Positions 60,794 to 64,000 of a stretch of 64,000 bases of DNA are shown piece by piece. The translations under genes and the position numbers were made by a program. The stretch comes from an uncultured Alphaproteobacteria bacterium (GTDB lineage Bacteria > Pseudomonadota > Alphaproteobacteria > RF32 > CAG-239). Within the stretch, counting starts at the first letter, position 1; each line of letters opens with the position of its first letter. A model generated the notes under the pieces. The model worked only from the letters and a program-made list of their open reading frames with translations. It was not told the DNA's origin and made no database searches. Location: contig CALXTO010000006.1 in the NCBI GenBank assembly GCA_944391425.1, positions 68 to 64,067 of the forward strand, given 5' to 3'.

Positions 60794-61939
60794 ATGACCG
60801 AAAAAGACTATTACGAAATTTTGGAAGTTTCCAAAACAGCCAGCGGTGACGAAATAAAAAAATCTTTTCGTCGTTTGGCAATGCAGTATCATCCGGATCG
60901 CAATCCCGGAAACAAGGAAGCGGAAGCCCGTTTCAAAGAAATTAATGAAGCCTATGAAGTCTTAAAGGATGAGCAAAAACGCGCGGCTTATGACCGTTAC
61001 GGGCATCAGGCTTTTGCCAATGGCGGTATGGGCGGCGGCAGTCCGTTTGGTGGTTTTGAGTTTAATTTCGGCACCGGCGGCTTTTCGGATATTTTCTCCG
61101 ATATTTTTTCTGAATTTATGGGCGGCGGCAGAAGCGGTGGACGCAACAACTATGCGCGTCCCGGCGCCGATGTGCGCTATAATCTGGAAATTACGCTTGA
61201 AGAAGCATTTTCCGGACTTGAGAAGGAAATAACCATTCCGTCAAGCGAGCCTTGCGCAACCTGCAACGGTCACGGAACAAAAGACGGCAAGGAGGCGCCG
61301 CTTTGTCCGCATTGTCAGGGCAGCGGCAAGGTTCGCTTGCAAAAGGGCTTTTTTGTCGTTGAACAGGCTTGCCCGCATTGCCGCGGCAGTGGTCGTCTGG
61401 TAAAAGACGTTTGTCCGGATTGCAAAGGTGCCGGCGCCATCCGCAAGGAAAAAACAATTAAAGTCAAAATTCCTGCCGGCATAGAAGACGGAACCAGGAT
61501 GCGCATTTCAGGCGCCGGCGAAGCCGGAACCCGCGGCGGGGCAGACGGAGATTTGTATGTATTTGTCAGCGTTAAGGCGCATAAACTTTATGAACGCGAC
61601 GGTGCCAACCTCTATGCCAGAATTCCGATTTCGATGTGCTGCGCCGCATTGGGCGGAAAAATTGAAATTCCGTCGGTTGACGGAGAAAAAATAGCGCTGG
61701 ATATTGCAGCCGGTTCTCAGAATGACCAGGTTATCCGGGTTAAAAACCAGGGAATGACCATGATGCGTTCGAAAAACCGCGGTGATCTGTTTGTCAAACT
61801 GCGGGTGGAAACGCCGGTCAACCTGTCTGCCCGTCAGAAAGAGCTGATGGAAGAGTTCCGTTCAATCAGCAAAGATGACAAATGCCAGCCGGAATCAAAA
61901 GGCTTTTTTGAAAAAATAAAAGATTTGTTTGTTGCTTGA
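60794..61939 (+). CDS. dnaJ: Molecular chaperone DnaJ (Hsp40, type I)
   Basis: 381 aa. J domain (DYYEILEV...YHPDRN), G/F-rich linker, and four CxxCxGxG zinc-finger repeats. Confidence 0.97.
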   Translation: MTEKDYYEILEVSKTASGDEIKKSFRRLAMQYHPDRNPGNKEAEARFKEINEAYEVLKDEQKRAAYDRYGHQAFANGGMGGGSPFGGFEFNFGTGGFSDIFSDIFSEFMGGGRSGGRNNYARPGADVRYNLEITLEEAFSGLEKEITIPSSEPCATCNGHGTKDGKEAPLCPHCQGSGKVRLQKGFFVVEQACPHCRGSGRLVKDVCPDCKGAGAIRKEKTIKVKIPAGIEDGTRMRISGAGEAGTRGGADGDLYVFVSVKAHKLYERDGANLYARIPISMCCAALGGKIEIPSVDGEKIALDIAAGSQNDQVIRVKNQGMTMMRSKNRGDLFVKLRVETPVNLSARQKELMEEFRSISKDDKCQPESKGFFEKIKDLFVA

Positions 61940-61994
61940 TAAAAATTTTTCTGCGCATAAATTATCTTAAGATATTTATGAAAAGGAGAAAATT

Positions 61995-62294
61995 ATGCTG
62001 AAAAAAGTTATCGTCTGCGCCGTTTTTGTTTTGGCGGCCTGCTCTGCCGAAGAAACGCGCACTTATACTTATTCCTGCGGAGATACCAAGGTAACAGCCG
62101 AATATTCCGATGCGGATAGCATAAAGCTGGATATCGACGGGCGCCGCTATACTTTGCCGCATGTCGTTTCGGCAGACGGAGCCAAATATGCCAATACTGA
62201 TGAAAGCATCGTCTTTTGGAATAAAGGAAATAAAGCCTATCTGGAAGTATCCGACAAACAGTATCCGGAATGCGGGCAGATTTCTGCACAATAA
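61995..62294 (+). CDS. mliC: MliC-family lipoprotein (membrane-bound lysozyme inhibitor of C-type lysozyme)
   Basis: 99 aa. Lipobox VLAAC, the Y.C...........Cys pair (YSC ... YPEC), and SADGAKYAN matching the MliC S.SGA.Y loop. Confidence 0.75.
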   Translation: MLKKVIVCAVFVLAACSAEETRTYTYSCGDTKVTAEYSDADSIKLDIDGRRYTLPHVVSADGAKYANTDESIVFWNKGNKAYLEVSDKQYPECGQISAQ

Positions 62295-62366
62295 TTTAAC
62301 TTTAAGATTGCCAAAGAGCGGTTGTTGTAATAACTTAATGTTATGACTAACATTAAGGAACTTTCA

Positions 62367-63140
62367 ATGATTGAAACCGCAAATATCGTATGTATGAAAT
62401 GGGGCACTTATTTTGGCCCCGAATACGTTAATATCCTTTATCGGGGCGTTTCCCGGCATATTAAGCGCCCGTTCAGATTTATTTGTTATACAGATGACAA
62501 AAAAGGCCTGGATGAAGGGATTGTTGCTTACGATTTGCCGGAGTTTAAAAGCATTGCCAAGTCAAACGGAGCGCCGTATCCCAAGCAGACATTGTTCCGT
62601 TCGGATCTGGAAGGGTTTAATGAAGGCGATACTTTCCTCTTTATGGATTTGGACGTAGCGGTTATGGAGGACATAGACTGCTTTTTTGATTATATGCCGG
62701 AAGAAGACTTTATCATTATCAAAGATTGGCGCAAAGGGGATAAAAACGTCGGCAATTCCTCTGTCTTCAGGGCAAAAGTCGGACCTTTGAATTATGTCTA
62801 TGAATATATGGAAGAGCATTTGGAGGATATTATAAAAAAATACGGAACATCGTCTCAGCAGTATTTATCCGCCAAAATCTGCGAAAAATACGGCAAGCCG
62901 ACGTGGTGGCCTGCCGAATGGACTTGCAGTTTTCCGCTCCAGTGCATGCCCGGAAAATTTACCCGTTGGCTTAAAGTTCCCAAAAAACCGGCGCCGGGGA
63001 CCAAACTTTTGGTCTTTCACGGACTGGTTCACCCCAAGGAAGCAATCGCCGGAATCTGGCCGCGCAAAGAACCATGGTACAAAAAATGGTATAAAACTGT
63101 CCGCAAAACGCCCTGGGTGAAAGATTATTGGCAGGAATAA
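62367..63140 (+). CDS. Putative glycosyltransferase-like protein (DxD motif)
   Basis: The ATG at 62367 has AAGGAA 6-8 nt upstream (the ORF-track start is at 62343). IVCMKWGTYFGPEYVNILYRGV N-terminus and FMDLDVAV (DxD). The family assignment comes from vague memory of alphaproteobacterial 'glycosyl transferase' annotations. Confidence 0.5.
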   Translation: MIETANIVCMKWGTYFGPEYVNILYRGVSRHIKRPFRFICYTDDKKGLDEGIVAYDLPEFKSIAKSNGAPYPKQTLFRSDLEGFNEGDTFLFMDLDVAVMEDIDCFFDYMPEEDFIIIKDWRKGDKNVGNSSVFRAKVGPLNYVYEYMEEHLEDIIKKYGTSSQQYLSAKICEKYGKPTWWPAEWTCSFPLQCMPGKFTRWLKVPKKPAPGTKLLVFHGLVHPKEAIAGIWPRKEPWYKKWYKTVRKTPWVKDYWQE

Positions 63141-63212
63141 AACGCCGCGCTTGATAATTTGCCGTTGATGCCTATTTAAATATTGCATTTTTAACAGGCA
63201 GAGTATCAGGTA

Positions 63213-63521
63213 ATGAAAAAAAAGTTAAGTCTTGCGCTATTTTTTTTGCTTTGCGGATGTTTCCGTCCTCTTGAAATAACCGATGTCCTCCGTTACAGCT
63301 GTGACGGACAAATCATTGCTGCCGCCTATTATAACGACGGTTCGATGATTTTGACTTATAACGACAATCGGGTAGTTTTGCATAAAACATCAGGAAATTG
63401 CAACGTTGAGCGTTATGCGAATATAGGTAAAGCGGTAATTTTTGAAAGTAAGGGAGAAAAAGCTTCGCTGAAGTTCGGTCCTTATGCCTATCCGGAATGC
63501 ATAAAGCTTGTAAATTATTAG
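63213..63521 (+). CDS. MliC-like lipoprotein paralog with degenerate inhibitory loop
   Basis: 102 aa. Lipobox LLCGC. It aligns with the 61995 protein: YSC, ERYAN versus AKYAN, F(E/W)(S/N)KG(E/N)KA.L and YPEC. The S.SGA.Y loop is replaced by TSGNCNVERY. Confidence 0.65.
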   Translation: MKKKLSLALFFLLCGCFRPLEITDVLRYSCDGQIIAAAYYNDGSMILTYNDNRVVLHKTSGNCNVERYANIGKAVIFESKGEKASLKFGPYAYPECIKLVNY

Positions 63522-63571
63522 CAAAACGGCTGTTTAAAAAGGATTCCGGCGTTAAGTGACTCTCATTTTAG

Positions 63572-63600
63572 TTGATTAATTTGAAAATCACAGTTATACT
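63572..63600 (+). promoter_or_regulatory. Putative sigma-70 promoter upstream of the XRE-family gene
   Basis: TTGATT (63572-63577), a 17-nt spacer, then TATACT (63595-63600). This would give an approximately 140-nt leader before the ATG at 63747. Confidence 0.45.
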
Positions 63601-63746
63601 GGTAGCAACAGTAAATCTGGAAGAAAAGAAAAAAGTGCCGTGAAAATGAATAAGCCGGCTTCAAATAAGCAATATTAATATTTCCAGACGCCCCGGTCCT
63701 CAAGACCGGAGCGTTATGTATTAAAATGAACTAATGAGAGGACGTA

Positions 63747-64000
63747 ATGTTGAAAAAAACAGAAAAAAAGAAACAGTTGAGTTATCGCGGTAACCAAAGA
63801 ACGTTATTAAGACGCCCAAACGCAGTGGATGAACATGTCGGCCGCCGTATTCATATGCGCCGTCGGCTGCTGGGCTGGGACCAAAAAAAACTGGCTCAAA
63901 AATTAGGGATTTCTTTTCAACAGCTTCAAAAGTACGAGCAGGGCATCAACCGTCTCAGCGCCAGCCGTTTATGGGATATGAGCATGGTTTTGGGCGTTTC
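63747..64000 (+). CDS. XRE-family helix-turn-helix transcriptional regulator (3' end outside the window)
   Basis: ATG with GAGAGGA SD. Translation MLKKTEKKKQLSYRGNQRTLLRRPNAVDEHVGRRIHMRRRLLGWDQKKLAQKLGISFQQLQKYEQGINRLSASRLWDMSMVLGV shows the classic HTH_3/Cro-C1 pattern (Q..LA..LG.S.Q.....E.G.N). It is absent from the ORF track because there is no stop in the window. Confidence 0.8.
   Translation, partial: MLKKTEKKKQLSYRGNQRTLLRRPNAVDEHVGRRIHMRRRLLGWDQKKLAQKLGISFQQLQKYEQGINRLSASRLWDMSMVLGV

Overview
This window reads as a core chromosomal segment of an alphaproteobacterium. The evidence is gene content and synteny: ffs-dnaX-ybaB-recR, rsmI/lpoA-like/yraN, ialB-rlmN, gpmI-envC-like-ctpA-yibQ-like-rppH, EIIA(Man)-HPr, lapA-ihfB and dnaK/dnaJ. 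GC content looks moderate by eye. It carries many replication and repair genes: dnaX, recR, polA, gyrB, recF, dnaN, dnaA, mutM, xth and rmuC. It also carries envelope genes (PBP1A, EnvC-like, CtpA, LolA, porin, LapA, two MliC-like lipoproteins), accA/accD and chaperones. The only RNA gene I can support is the SRP (4.5S) RNA upstream of dnaX. I saw no rRNA, tRNA, CRISPR array, IS element, integrase or prophage signature. Most of the window is ordinary housekeeping DNA, and I found no clear novel multi-gene system. The observations most worth following up are listed here.
- An A9 run in dnaX has immediate stops in both alternative frames, making it a candidate site for producing the gamma subunit by recoding.
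- Three helically phased GANTC sites and two TTAA-N7-TTAA (CtrA-box-like) motifs lie in the long AT-rich leader upstream of dnaA.
- A beta-class DNA methyltransferase appears translationally coupled to an EIIA(Man)-HPr operon, and the expected HprK position is filled by an unrelated small protein.
- A strongly SD-preceded 56-aa Ser-rich peptide gene ends in GGCGCSRNY.
- A tightly coupled three-gene cluster encodes a thymidine-phosphorylase-family protein, an HD protein and a Gfo/Idh/MocA oxidoreductase, placed right after a truncated yejAB transporter.
- A lineage-specific block of TM/TPR proteins sits with a LonC-like protease between tsaB and accD.
- A PAS-only sensor protein has no output domain.
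- Two MliC-like lipoprotein paralogs flank a DxD glycosyltransferase-like gene.
All functional calls rest on motif recognition from memory, not on database searches.
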